Part shown: positions 17,497 through 25,647 of the stretch, in pieces
Position numbering within the stretch: the first letter of the stretch is position 1
How the letters are laid out: each line of letters begins with the position of its first letter
IMG/VR virus record: IMGVR_UViG_3300008116_000018
DNA: 64,000 nucleotides
Source: a virus
Strand: one strand, 5' to 3'
Made by a program: the position numbers and the translations under genes
The notes under the pieces: generated by a model
Seen by the model: only the letters and a program-made list of their open reading frames with translations
Database searches by the model: none
What the model was told of the DNA's origin: nothing

Positions 17497-20271
17497 TTAA
17501 TCTAAATCGCTTACGCTTTTGTCTGAACGCCACATTTGGCAAGACCAATAGTTTGCTTTCCACTTTGGTCCGGGATTGTCGCAACCGTGTCTAGCACGAT
17601 AACTCTTTAATCTCTCAGGATCGTCACGTTTGATTTCCATATTGGGATCACCAAAACGAACGACAACAACTTTACCATTTGGTCCCATAGTGTAGACACC
17701 AAACTTCTTCGGACCATCAGATGTTCTGAATGGATCGTTCAACTTAACAGACTTACCTTGATACTCTGCTTCGTTAACAACTTGTTCCCAATCAACTTCT
17801 TCTAGTACTTCTTCTACTTCTTCGTTTTTAGGGCGACAGTCGGGAACCATTCTGTTGCCTTTTTTCTTCATACCAACTTGTTTGTGTGTGTCCCAACATG
17901 CTTCGTCAACGACAGCATTTTCATCACAATCATCACAACATGTTTCTTCAGATTGTCCTGGCGTATCTTTTGCATACTTCTTACGCATTGCATCTGTACC
18001 CCACTCTAATGCTTCAGCAAATCTAGAAAACTCTTCGTTACTTCTAACTTTGGAAGCTAAGTCTTTATCTGCTTTACCCCAAGTGCCAGGACCTTTTGTA
18101 ATGAATGAATTCACTCTAGCAAATGCCCATTGCTGTGGTGTTGTTCCAGGACGATGGCCACCTTGCCATGCGGCCATACCTCTGTCGTAAACTGCTTTGA
18201 GAATGCTATAAGCAATACCAGACTTTTCTGATTTCTTTTTCAAGCCTTCGATTTCTTCTAAGATTGGCTTGAATTCTTCGTAAGCATCACCAAACTCATC
18301 TGGTTCCATTTGACTTGCGTACATATCTAACTCTGCGCCAGAAAACTCACCATCGTCTTCTTCCTCGCCACTATCTTCGTCATCATCTTGATAATCAAAG
18401 TCGCCTTCGAATTCTAAGTAATCACGTACTGTTGAAACGTAATCGGCAGCCTTAGTGATCTTAGATAGAACCCAAGCATCTGGCTCTTCATCCATTTCAT
18501 CCATCATTTCAAGCAATTCTTCTGCGTCTTGAATCATGTTAGAAACTTCAATCTGCGCCATTGACAGTCCATCAGTCTCATCATAGTCATTGTCATCGTA
18601 CTCATCGTCTTCGCCCATGAGTTTCATACCAGTAACGTCTTGAATCATTTTCCAAGCGGCTGATTGATTCTTATCGGCAATAAGTTTCTTGAGTTTTTCT
18701 TTTTCTTGTGGTGTTGCAACTTGGAAGAACTTCATCATCTCCATTGCACCAATGTTGCCTTTGTATGCGGCTTCATCAATAGATTCTTTTTGCAACTGCG
18801 TCTTTGTCATTCTAAACAATGCATCGCTTGAAGTTACCATATCAAGTAGCGTTGTCAACAAATCATTTGTGACATTTCGTTCTGACGGATTCAACATGTC
18901 GCCAGATTTTAATTTCTCAACGGAACGCTTAATGACTGTAAGAGATTTAGTGTCTGCCAATCCCAAACGAACCAATTGATCTAATCTAGAAACTTCTTTT
19001 CTTTCTTCTGGTGTCTTTACTGCTTCACCATACATCTGTTTGAATTTGAGTGTATGCTTTGATTGTTGCATACCTTTTTCTCTTGCCTCTTTGTCACCAG
19101 GCGCATCTTTATATGCACTCTTGTCTGAATCTGATTTTGGTCCAGTTTTCTCAAAGTGTGATGCTCTAGCGTCTTTTGTATCTTTGTCTAAACCAACATA
19201 ATACTTTTTCGGTTGTGTTCCATCTCTCTTTGCAATATCTTTGTCTTGCGGTATAGTTGGTTTCTCAACAATGAATTGCTCGAACATATGATTCAAATCT
19301 TCTCTTTTCATCATCATGTTTTTACGTGCAACTTCTTTACTTCTAGCGGCTGGCACTAAACGTACTGCAAACTTTTTAATTGCAGGCAACATCTTTTGCA
19401 ATCTAGTGTCGATTGCAATTTTCTCTCCAGTACCCAAGTCTGCATAGTTCTTACCACCAGCAAGGCGTCCTCTGAAGAATTGATATGCCATTTTAGCGGC
19501 TCTTCTTTTTAATCTCTTAGGGTCGGCAAAACGTTTTGCTTGTAATGCTCTTGCTCTGACTAAACGCTTTTGAATTCGTTTAAATTGTTGCGCTCTTTGT
19601 CTACGTTGTTTGTAGCCAAGAACTGCTTCGTCTTGTTGTTCTATTTCTTCGTTCATGCCACCACCTATGTATTTGTCTAAAAGTTTTTTCACCTTAGCTT
19701 TACTTCTTGCTTTTGGATATAAATCACTGATGATTTTATCTCTGCCTTCTGAGTCTGCGTCCGAATACATTTTTCTAACTTGACTACCAGAGAATGCTTC
19801 TTTGCCATTAACTTTAAAGTCGTGTTTCTTAGTCACAAAAATATATGCGTGTGTTTCGAATGATTCACATTTATCAATGCTGACAAATGGCTGATAGTAC
19901 GCTGGCGAACCATCTTTCTTTGTGTACTTCATTGGGTCACGTTCAGAACGAACAAGAATGAGAACATCTTTCTTTTCGTCATACTTCTTCATAATCTCTT
20001 CTGGATTAATCGGCTGAACGACCTGAACGAAATCGTCTGTAACTCCTGCTTGCTGTGCTAGGAATTCTTTGTCTTTGAATGGGATTGGGCGAACCTTTGT
20101 GTCGTTGCTAGATGCAACATAAAAGTCTGGAGTGCGAAATTTGGATTTGGCTTGAGTGTAACTACTCAAATGACCGGCGTGAAATGGCTGAAAGCCACCG
20201 CCATATACGACAATTACTTTGCCTTTGGCTTTTGCTTCATCAAGCAATATTGATTCTTTAAACGATTTCAT
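17497..20271 (-). CDS. Large modular protein: N-terminal HxGH nucleotidyltransferase (cytidyltransferase-like) plus many small domains
   Basis: YGGGFQPFHAGH and SGSQVRK NTase motifs; N-terminus MKSFKESILLDE; late promoter upstream. Confidence 0.8.
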   Translation of the reverse strand: MKSFKESILLDEAKAKGKVIVVYGGGFQPFHAGHLSSYTQAKSKFRTPDFYVASSNDTKVRPIPFKDKEFLAQQAGVTDDFVQVVQPINPEEIMKKYDEKKDVLILVRSERDPMKYTKKDGSPAYYQPFVSIDKCESFETHAYIFVTKKHDFKVNGKEAFSGSQVRKMYSDADSEGRDKIISDLYPKARSKAKVKKLLDKYIGGGMNEEIEQQDEAVLGYKQRRQRAQQFKRIQKRLVRARALQAKRFADPKRLKRRAAKMAYQFFRGRLAGGKNYADLGTGEKIAIDTRLQKMLPAIKKFAVRLVPAARSKEVARKNMMMKREDLNHMFEQFIVEKPTIPQDKDIAKRDGTQPKKYYVGLDKDTKDARASHFEKTGPKSDSDKSAYKDAPGDKEAREKGMQQSKHTLKFKQMYGEAVKTPEERKEVSRLDQLVRLGLADTKSLTVIKRSVEKLKSGDMLNPSERNVTNDLLTTLLDMVTSSDALFRMTKTQLQKESIDEAAYKGNIGAMEMMKFFQVATPQEKEKLKKLIADKNQSAAWKMIQDVTGMKLMGEDDEYDDNDYDETDGLSMAQIEVSNMIQDAEELLEMMDEMDEEPDAWVLSKITKAADYVSTVRDYLEFEGDFDYQDDDEDSGEEEDDGEFSGAELDMYASQMEPDEFGDAYEEFKPILEEIEGLKKKSEKSGIAYSILKAVYDRGMAAWQGGHRPGTTPQQWAFARVNSFITKGPGTWGKADKDLASKVRSNEEFSRFAEALEWGTDAMRKKYAKDTPGQSEETCCDDCDENAVVDEACWDTHKQVGMKKKGNRMVPDCRPKNEEVEEVLEEVDWEQVVNEAEYQGKSVKLNDPFRTSDGPKKFGVYTMGPNGKVVVVRFGDPNMEIKRDDPERLKSYRARHGCDNPGPKWKANYWSCQMWRSDKSVSDLD

Positions 20272-20335
20272 ATGTAATAGAGTTTTCCGTAGACTTATCT
20301 GTTCAGGTTTGCCGTAGCCTAACTGTGTTATAGTT

Positions 20336-20343
20336 TATTTATA
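20336..20343 (-). promoter_or_regulatory. T4-type late promoter (TATAAATA)
   Basis: Exact consensus in the intergenic gap upstream of the 924-aa gene. Confidence 0.8.
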
Positions 20344-20345
20344 AT

Positions 20346-21140
20346 TTACATGAATGCTAGAAGTATGGGGTCTGCCTTTAATGCTACTTCATCAATTGCC
20401 GCACTAGCGCCTTTTTTAAGGGGTGCAATGTTATATGGGGATTTTGATACTTTACCGAATTGTAACGTCATAACAAACTGATAGTCTCCACCACCCTTAT
20501 ATTGACAGCGAACACGAATAACCGCAGATGCATTCTTAGCAAAATCGGGAATCGGAGAATTCTTGTTTGCTTTGAGTTTTGGCTGTAGACCCAATAAGTC
20601 TTTGCCTGCTAATGTAAAGAATCCGTGAGTTCCCACATTGATATACGAACATTTTTTTGCAATGTAATAGTCACATATTGCTTTTGCTGGAATAGGCACA
20701 TGCACTTCATTTTGCGCCCCAAACTTTTCTAAATCTGATTTGTATGCGGCCGCCTTATCTTTAGCACCAACTATGACTTTTTTACCTCTTTCATCATTTT
20801 GCAAAGAAGGCACCTTACCACGCCAATCTTTACCGTGAGTTCCACTAGTGTTCATCTCTTTTAGCAAATTGAACTTCTTTGCTAATTCAACTAAGAATTC
20901 TTTCTCAGGATCAGTTCCAATGTCACCGAATTGCCACTTACCATCGTAGTATTTCATAACTAAAGAACCAGCGGCAGTCGGTGAATTTTTAAGTTCGCAA
21001 CCAGTAGGCTTTTTACCTTTTGCTTGAATAGTCAAATCTGGTTTGTCGTGTGATGCGCCGGCAGTTCCACCCGTTGAAATCTTATATTTGTTCAACGCCT
21101 TATATGCATTCTCTTCGTATAAAAAGCCTTCTTGTGCCAT
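20346..21140 (-). CDS. Putative PD-(D/E)XK endonuclease-like protein
   Basis: E...KPDLTI...CELK spacing fits a PD-(D/E)xK catalytic motif. Confidence 0.55.
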   Translation of the reverse strand: MAQEGFLYEENAYKALNKYKISTGGTAGASHDKPDLTIQAKGKKPTGCELKNSPTAAGSLVMKYYDGKWQFGDIGTDPEKEFLVELAKKFNLLKEMNTSGTHGKDWRGKVPSLQNDERGKKVIVGAKDKAAAYKSDLEKFGAQNEVHVPIPAKAICDYYIAKKCSYINVGTHGFFTLAGKDLLGLQPKLKANKNSPIPDFAKNASAVIRVRCQYKGGGDYQFVMTLQFGKVSKSPYNIAPLKKGASAAIDEVALKADPILLAFM

Positions 21141-21159
21141 TTTTTATTCCATTTAATTA

Positions 21160-21483
21160 TTATACTGTGAAACTACTACCACACCCACACGTTTGTTTTG
21201 CGTTAGGATTGATAAACACAAACTCTTTACTCATCAACTTTTCTTGATAGTCTATTGTTGCACCTTGAAGATATTGCATACTCGTAGCATCTACAAGTAC
21301 TTTAAATTCTCCAAGAGAAACTTCAAAATCATCTTCGTTCATTATTTCATCGAATGTAAATCCGTAGTTGAATCCCGAACATCCGCCACCTTGAATGAAT
21401 GCTCTCAAAGATAGATTTGGATTATTTTCTTCCATCAACAAGTCTATGATTTTAGACTTTGCAACATCTGTTATTGTAATCAT
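21160..21483 (-). CDS. erpA: A-type Fe-S carrier (ErpA/IscA family)
   Basis: GGGCSGFNY and [14 protein letters not shown] signatures. Confidence 0.9.
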   Translation of the reverse strand: MITITDVAKSKIIDLLMEENNPNLSLRAFIQGGGCSGFNYGFTFDEIMNEDDFEVSLGEFKVLVDATSMQYLQGATIDYQEKLMSKEFVFINPNAKQTCGCGSSFTV

Positions 21484-21835
21484 TTATAGCCGCCTTTATA
21501 GCATCTTCTGCAAGTATTGAACAATGAATTTTAACCGGTGGTAAGGCAAGTTCTTCAGCAATTTGTGAATTAGATATCTTTCCTGCTTCGTCAAGTGTTC
21601 TGCCCTTGACCCACTCTGTAACAAGACTGGAACTTGCAATTGCACTTCCACATCCGTATGTTTTGAATTTCGCATCTGTAATTACTCCATCTTCTACTTT
21701 AATTTGAAGTTTCATAACATCGCCACACGCTGGCGCACCCACCATACCCGTACCTATGTTATCGGCATCTTTGTCGAATGATCCCACATTTCGTGGATTT
21801 TCGTAATGATCTAAAACTTTTTCAGAATATGACAT
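21452..21835 (-). CDS. iscU: Fe-S cluster scaffold IscU
   Basis: [29 protein letters not shown] and LPPVKIHC. Confidence 0.95.
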   Translation of the reverse strand: MSYSEKVLDHYENPRNVGSFDKDADNIGTGMVGAPACGDVMKLQIKVEDGVITDAKFKTYGCGSAIASSSLVTEWVKGRTLDEAGKISNSQIAEELALPPVKIHCSILAEDAIKAAINDYNNRCCKV

Positions 21836-21896
21836 ATTTACCGTTAAAAATAGTTACCCGATGTATACATAAAGGTGTCCGGTTTCAAATTAAACC

Positions 21897-22346
21897 TTAT
21901 TTAGATCCCCATACAATGTACCATGAAATCCAAGCGGCTACAAAGAAACACCAAAATTGAACCCATCTAACTTTTGACAACTCAGCATCAAAATACGCTT
22001 TGTCTGCTTGTTCTATCTTTTCAATTTCATTCTTAATCTGAATAACTTTATCCCACTCTTTAGTTCCGTACTTCTTTACAAACTCTACCCTTAATTTGTA
22101 CTCTTCTTCCGATATTTGCTTGCGGTGTCGGTACTCTTCAAGGGCTTTAAATATTGCTTTTTCTTTTCTTAACTCTGCTTCTCTGCGTTCACGAATTTTT
22201 GCATTCGCTCTTTCTTTTGCAACATCTACCGCTTCCCTTTGAACATCTTCGATATTCTTGCCAATTTCTCTTCCGGCTTCTCTTCCAGTTTTAAAGCCTT
22301 CGCTTATACCCTTGGCACCAGCCAAGAACCCAAATTCATCTGGCAT
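21897..22346 (-). CDS. Coiled-coil protein with C-terminal TM helix
   Basis: 149 aa, charged helical body and aromatic hydrophobic tail. Confidence 0.7.
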   Translation of the reverse strand: MPDEFGFLAGAKGISEGFKTGREAGREIGKNIEDVQREAVDVAKERANAKIRERREAELRKEKAIFKALEEYRHRKQISEEEYKLRVEFVKKYGTKEWDKVIQIKNEIEKIEQADKAYFDAELSKVRWVQFWCFFVAAWISWYIVWGSK

Positions 22347-22354
22347 GTCTCAAC

Positions 22355-23581
22355 TTACCTCTGCCAACCTTTAATGATATCAGGCGAGAAGTTTGCGTAA
22401 CTGAATTGCATTCTGTCAACTAACTTGACTGCATTGCCTTTGATCTTGTCGATTGCAACATAACCCTCAACACCAGTCACTTCGTAGCCTTTCTTAGTCA
22501 ACAAGAAAGTGTTCAACGTTTTAACTTCATCCATCTTCTTAATCAAAATCAACTTCGCTTCTGCTAAGAGATTCATCATTGTGAAAATGTCTTCTAGATG
22601 TGATTTGTTTTTTGGCGAGAAGAATTTAAGCACTTTGCTTTTCTTTAGCATCTGAGTAGCACGACCACGTTCACCTTTGCCCTCGGCTTGTTTCTCGTAG
22701 TAATCTTCTATGTAGGTAATCAATTCTTTAACGTGCGCTTTGACGTTTGTGATTTTCAACTGTTGACGTACTTTTGAATTGTTGAATGTCTTAATGCGTT
22801 CAATCAAGTCTTCGTCTGTATTGATGTAGTTTAGTGTTGGTGCATCTAGCTTTTGGAATATCTTTCCAGCTTCAGATAGAATTGCAGTCACTTCATCATT
22901 TTCTGATTGTGTGAGTGTAGCTTTACCTGATACGTCTTGATAGACTGCACTTGTCATCCAAACGTTTGGTGTCTTTGTGAGTGTGCTTAGAATATCTTTA
23001 CCAAAGACTGCGGACATTGTTTCGAATGTATCGCCTTCGTAAATTGTATGCCAGACAATGCCAATCTTTGCTCTTTTGATATCTTTAGCAAGTTCACTTT
23101 CTGACGGTACTGCATACACTAGCGTATTTGGATGAAACGTGACGTATGATTCGCCTTCAATTGTTTCTGTCTTCAAGTCTGACTGTGTGAATAGTAAGTC
23201 GCCTTGAATGACGCCTTTGATGTTGATCTTAGGCAAATACATCAAACATGCTTTGAGTTTGGTTGCTAAGTCGCCAGAAGTGTCTGCATCAATTTCTGCT
23301 GGAGTTTTGTATACTTTGGGATTTTTATTGAAGACGCCCTTCTTCGCAACAAAGAATTTGCCGTCTGTTGGATCTTGTCCTGCAAAGACTGCTGGCGCAC
23401 CATCCCATTTGACTGAAATGTCAACTTTGCTTTTGGAATGTCCAGCAAGCATATCACGCACCGCTCTGAGTGCGTTTATGCTATCTCTAGTTCCTTCAAC
23501 ACCCCCATTAAGAACATCGTCTTCCGCATGTTCCATGTGAGTGTTTTTCTTTTCAATAAGGTATTCTTTAAATTTAAACAT
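22355..23581 (-). CDS. Conserved T4-like late protein with ligase-superfamily motifs
   Basis: SVKWDG, IQGDLLF, EGYV and VKLV; N-terminus MFKFKEYLIE. Confidence 0.7.
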   Translation of the reverse strand: MFKFKEYLIEKKNTHMEHAEDDVLNGGVEGTRDSINALRAVRDMLAGHSKSKVDISVKWDGAPAVFAGQDPTDGKFFVAKKGVFNKNPKVYKTPAEIDADTSGDLATKLKACLMYLPKINIKGVIQGDLLFTQSDLKTETIEGESYVTFHPNTLVYAVPSESELAKDIKRAKIGIVWHTIYEGDTFETMSAVFGKDILSTLTKTPNVWMTSAVYQDVSGKATLTQSENDEVTAILSEAGKIFQKLDAPTLNYINTDEDLIERIKTFNNSKVRQQLKITNVKAHVKELITYIEDYYEKQAEGKGERGRATQMLKKSKVLKFFSPKNKSHLEDIFTMMNLLAEAKLILIKKMDEVKTLNTFLLTKKGYEVTGVEGYVAIDKIKGNAVKLVDRMQFSYANFSPDIIKGWQR

Positions 23582-23606
23582 GATAGGTCTGTCGTTGCAA
23601 TAGACC

Positions 23607-23614
23607 TATTTATA
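23607..23614 (-). promoter_or_regulatory. T4-type late promoter (TATAAATA)
   Basis: Exact consensus about 26 nt upstream of the ATG at 23581. Confidence 0.8.
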
Positions 23615-23615
23615 A

Positions 23616-23954
23616 TTACCTTCGCATTGATGCTTGATCCTTTGCATCATCACTAGAGAAAATAGGTACTGCATTGCTTTTGTGTAATGTGCCAATGCCA
23701 ATCATCTTGTCGCCAGTGTAAACTTTGCCGTGAATTGGCTTAGTGCAACTGTCGCCAACTGTCGCTAAACTGGGATGACGTACAGTTTCACGAATATATG
23801 CTTTTGGAGGTTTGTATGCTTCGATTTCTTTAGACTTCTTGAAACCTTTAGAGAATGAAGTAGTTGGCAGATTGTCTAGCCATTGTTGATACTCTGCAAC
23901 TTTCTTTGCAGGAGTTTTTTTCTTCTTCGATTTTTGATTTGTGTAAATTAACAT
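23616..23954 (-). CDS. Basic hypothetical protein
   Basis: 112 aa; YTGDKMIGIGTLHKSNAVPIF motif seen in T4-like phages. Confidence 0.7.
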   Translation of the reverse strand: MLIYTNQKSKKKKTPAKKVAEYQQWLDNLPTTSFSKGFKKSKEIEAYKPPKAYIRETVRHPSLATVGDSCTKPIHGKVYTGDKMIGIGTLHKSNAVPIFSSDDAKDQASMRR

Positions 23955-24586
23955 AATGTAAGTTCGTCAACAAAGTTTAACAACAATTTATGGTTTTGTT
24001 CTTCGTGCCAATGTTCTGATATATAATTTTTATACCAATACTTTTGACTCTCAGGATGACAACCAATCACACCTACACGATTTTGAATGATTGCCATGGC
24101 GTCACCATTCGCATAAGTAGAGACTATTTTAGCACGTTCTAGATTGCCTGTCAATGCACACCCATCATAGAAGAACATTGTCTCAGGTTTGCCGTTCCAA
24201 GTAACGTTTGCAATGGTAGAATAAGACCTACGAATGTCTGCGGTATTTTGTTTAATATACTGAACAGGTTCAATGTCATCTAGTATATCGAAATAGTGAC
24301 TGCCAGCCCAATATGCACCCATACATATTCCAAGATAATATCCTTTAGACTCAACAAAGTCTGCTATCATATTAGCACGTTTGCGTCTAAAGAATTTATC
24401 ATAAGAATCTGCATCTCCGATACCTCCAGGAAATGCAACAATATCTGCATTGTTTAATACTGTCACTAAATCACTATCAACATTGAATAAATTAATTTCA
24501 TAGTTTGGCGATAGTGCTTTAATCATCCCATCACAACAATCTGTTGAACATTCGGGATGATTAACAAACAATGCTATCGATTTCAC
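23948..24586 (-). CDS. Class I glutamine-amidotransferase-like (BPL_N-like) protein
   Basis: FPGG, nucleophile elbow GICMGAY and HPE triad motif. Confidence 0.75.
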   Translation of the reverse strand: MKSIALFVNHPECSTDCCDGMIKALSPNYEINLFNVDSDLVTVLNNADIVAFPGGIGDADSYDKFFRRKRANMIADFVESKGYYLGICMGAYWAGSHYFDILDDIEPVQYIKQNTADIRRSYSTIANVTWNGKPETMFFYDGCALTGNLERAKIVSTYANGDAMAIIQNRVGVIGCHPESQKYWYKNYISEHWHEEQNHKLLLNFVDELTLC

Positions 24587-24587
24587 T

Positions 24588-24785
24588 CTATGCCATTCTA
24601 TCTACATTCTGTCCAGGACGATTCATTCTACGATTCATTTCGATACGTGCTTCTTCACTAACTTCACGCAGATGTTTAATTCTACGTTCTTCTAAACGCA
24701 ATTCATCAATTCTTCTCTCCGTTTTGTTGAGAATAAGTTGTTCATACATCTTATTGTTGTATGCTCTAATACTATCTACACTCAT
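24588..24785 (-). CDS. Small hypothetical protein
   Basis: 65-aa charged ORF coupled to its neighbours. Confidence 0.6.
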   Translation of the reverse strand: MSVDSIRAYNNKMYEQLILNKTERRIDELRLEERRIKHLREVSEEARIEMNRRMNRPGQNVDRMA

Positions 24786-25069
24786 TTTAACACCAAGAAT
24801 GCCAACATGATACTTTGCATGAAGAATCCAATGCCGTTTGAGATCATGTAAAGTTTATCTTTTACAATTGCAGAACGAATAAAGAATAATAGCAAACCAG
24901 TCCAAATTAGTAACACCATGCTTAATGGGGGCAATACTGTAGGCTCACCTTGAATTGCTAAGTACGTTACTGGTACTGTAGACCCATGAATTAGAACTAA
25001 TCCAATCCAACCACAAATCTCACCAAACTGACGTACAATCCAGTTATACCATTCTGTAACTTTAATCAT
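24782..25069 (-). CDS. Three-TM membrane protein (PQ-loop/SemiSWEET-like topology)
   Basis: Likely start MIKVTEW at 25069; three hydrophobic helices. Confidence 0.6.
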   Translation of the reverse strand: MIKVTEWYNWIVRQFGEICGWIGLVLIHGSTVPVTYLAIQGEPTVLPPLSMVLLIWTGLLLFFIRSAIVKDKLYMISNGIGFFMQSIMLAFLVLK

Positions 25070-25070
25070 T

Positions 25071-25553
25071 TCAAATTTCTTTCCTAAGAAGTTTAAGAGT
25101 TGGTCTAAATTTTTGATAGAGTCCGACTTCACGTCCATATGCTTCAATCTCCCATAATGATTCCCAATATTCATCACCTTGGTATTGTTCTCGTTGAAAC
25201 GTTACCAAGTTCCCTCTTTCATGGAATTTTAATTCACCTTTAGCATACTGCTTAACGTGAACCATTTCATGTGCAAGACATTGTAAAACACGCTTGCCAA
25301 GTTTATTATTCCATTCCAAATTTATTACAAACTGTTTATTGCTTGGTATTCCTAGAACATCATCTTTAGGAAACGCTTCACCAAGTATTTTGTTTTTCAC
25401 ATAAAAATCTTTTATGACGTTTATGCTAATTTCTAATGTATTCGACAACCTGTCACTCATCAAACGACTAGCATAAAAATGCGTAGCCATCTTTAAAATC
25501 TTTCTCTCCTTTGGTGTCAAGGTTGCCCCTTTTGCCCTGAGAATGAGTTTCAT
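25071..25553 (-). CDS. Zincin-like metallopeptidase-domain protein
   Basis: LAHEMVHVKQY (HExxH) plus downstream WEIEAY. Confidence 0.75.
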   Translation of the reverse strand: MKLILRAKGATLTPKERKILKMATHFYASRLMSDRLSNTLEISINVIKDFYVKNKILGEAFPKDDVLGIPSNKQFVINLEWNNKLGKRVLQCLAHEMVHVKQYAKGELKFHERGNLVTFQREQYQGDEYWESLWEIEAYGREVGLYQKFRPTLKLLRKEI

Positions 25554-25579
25554 GTCGTATCCCTTTCTTAACAATATCT

Positions 25580-25608
25580 ATTATAGTACAGTTATGGTAT
25601 CTTGTCAA
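25580..25608 (-). promoter_or_regulatory. Sigma70-type promoter
   Basis: Perfect TTGACA-N17-TATAAT. Confidence 0.85.
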
Positions 25609-25647
25609 GGGATATTTAGGGAAAGGGATACATTTCACATTATGAAA

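Noticed and set aside
20272-20335. c-di-GMP-I riboswitch suggested by GGCAAACC
   Set aside because: The leader is too short and lacks the GNRA/receptor two-stem architecture.
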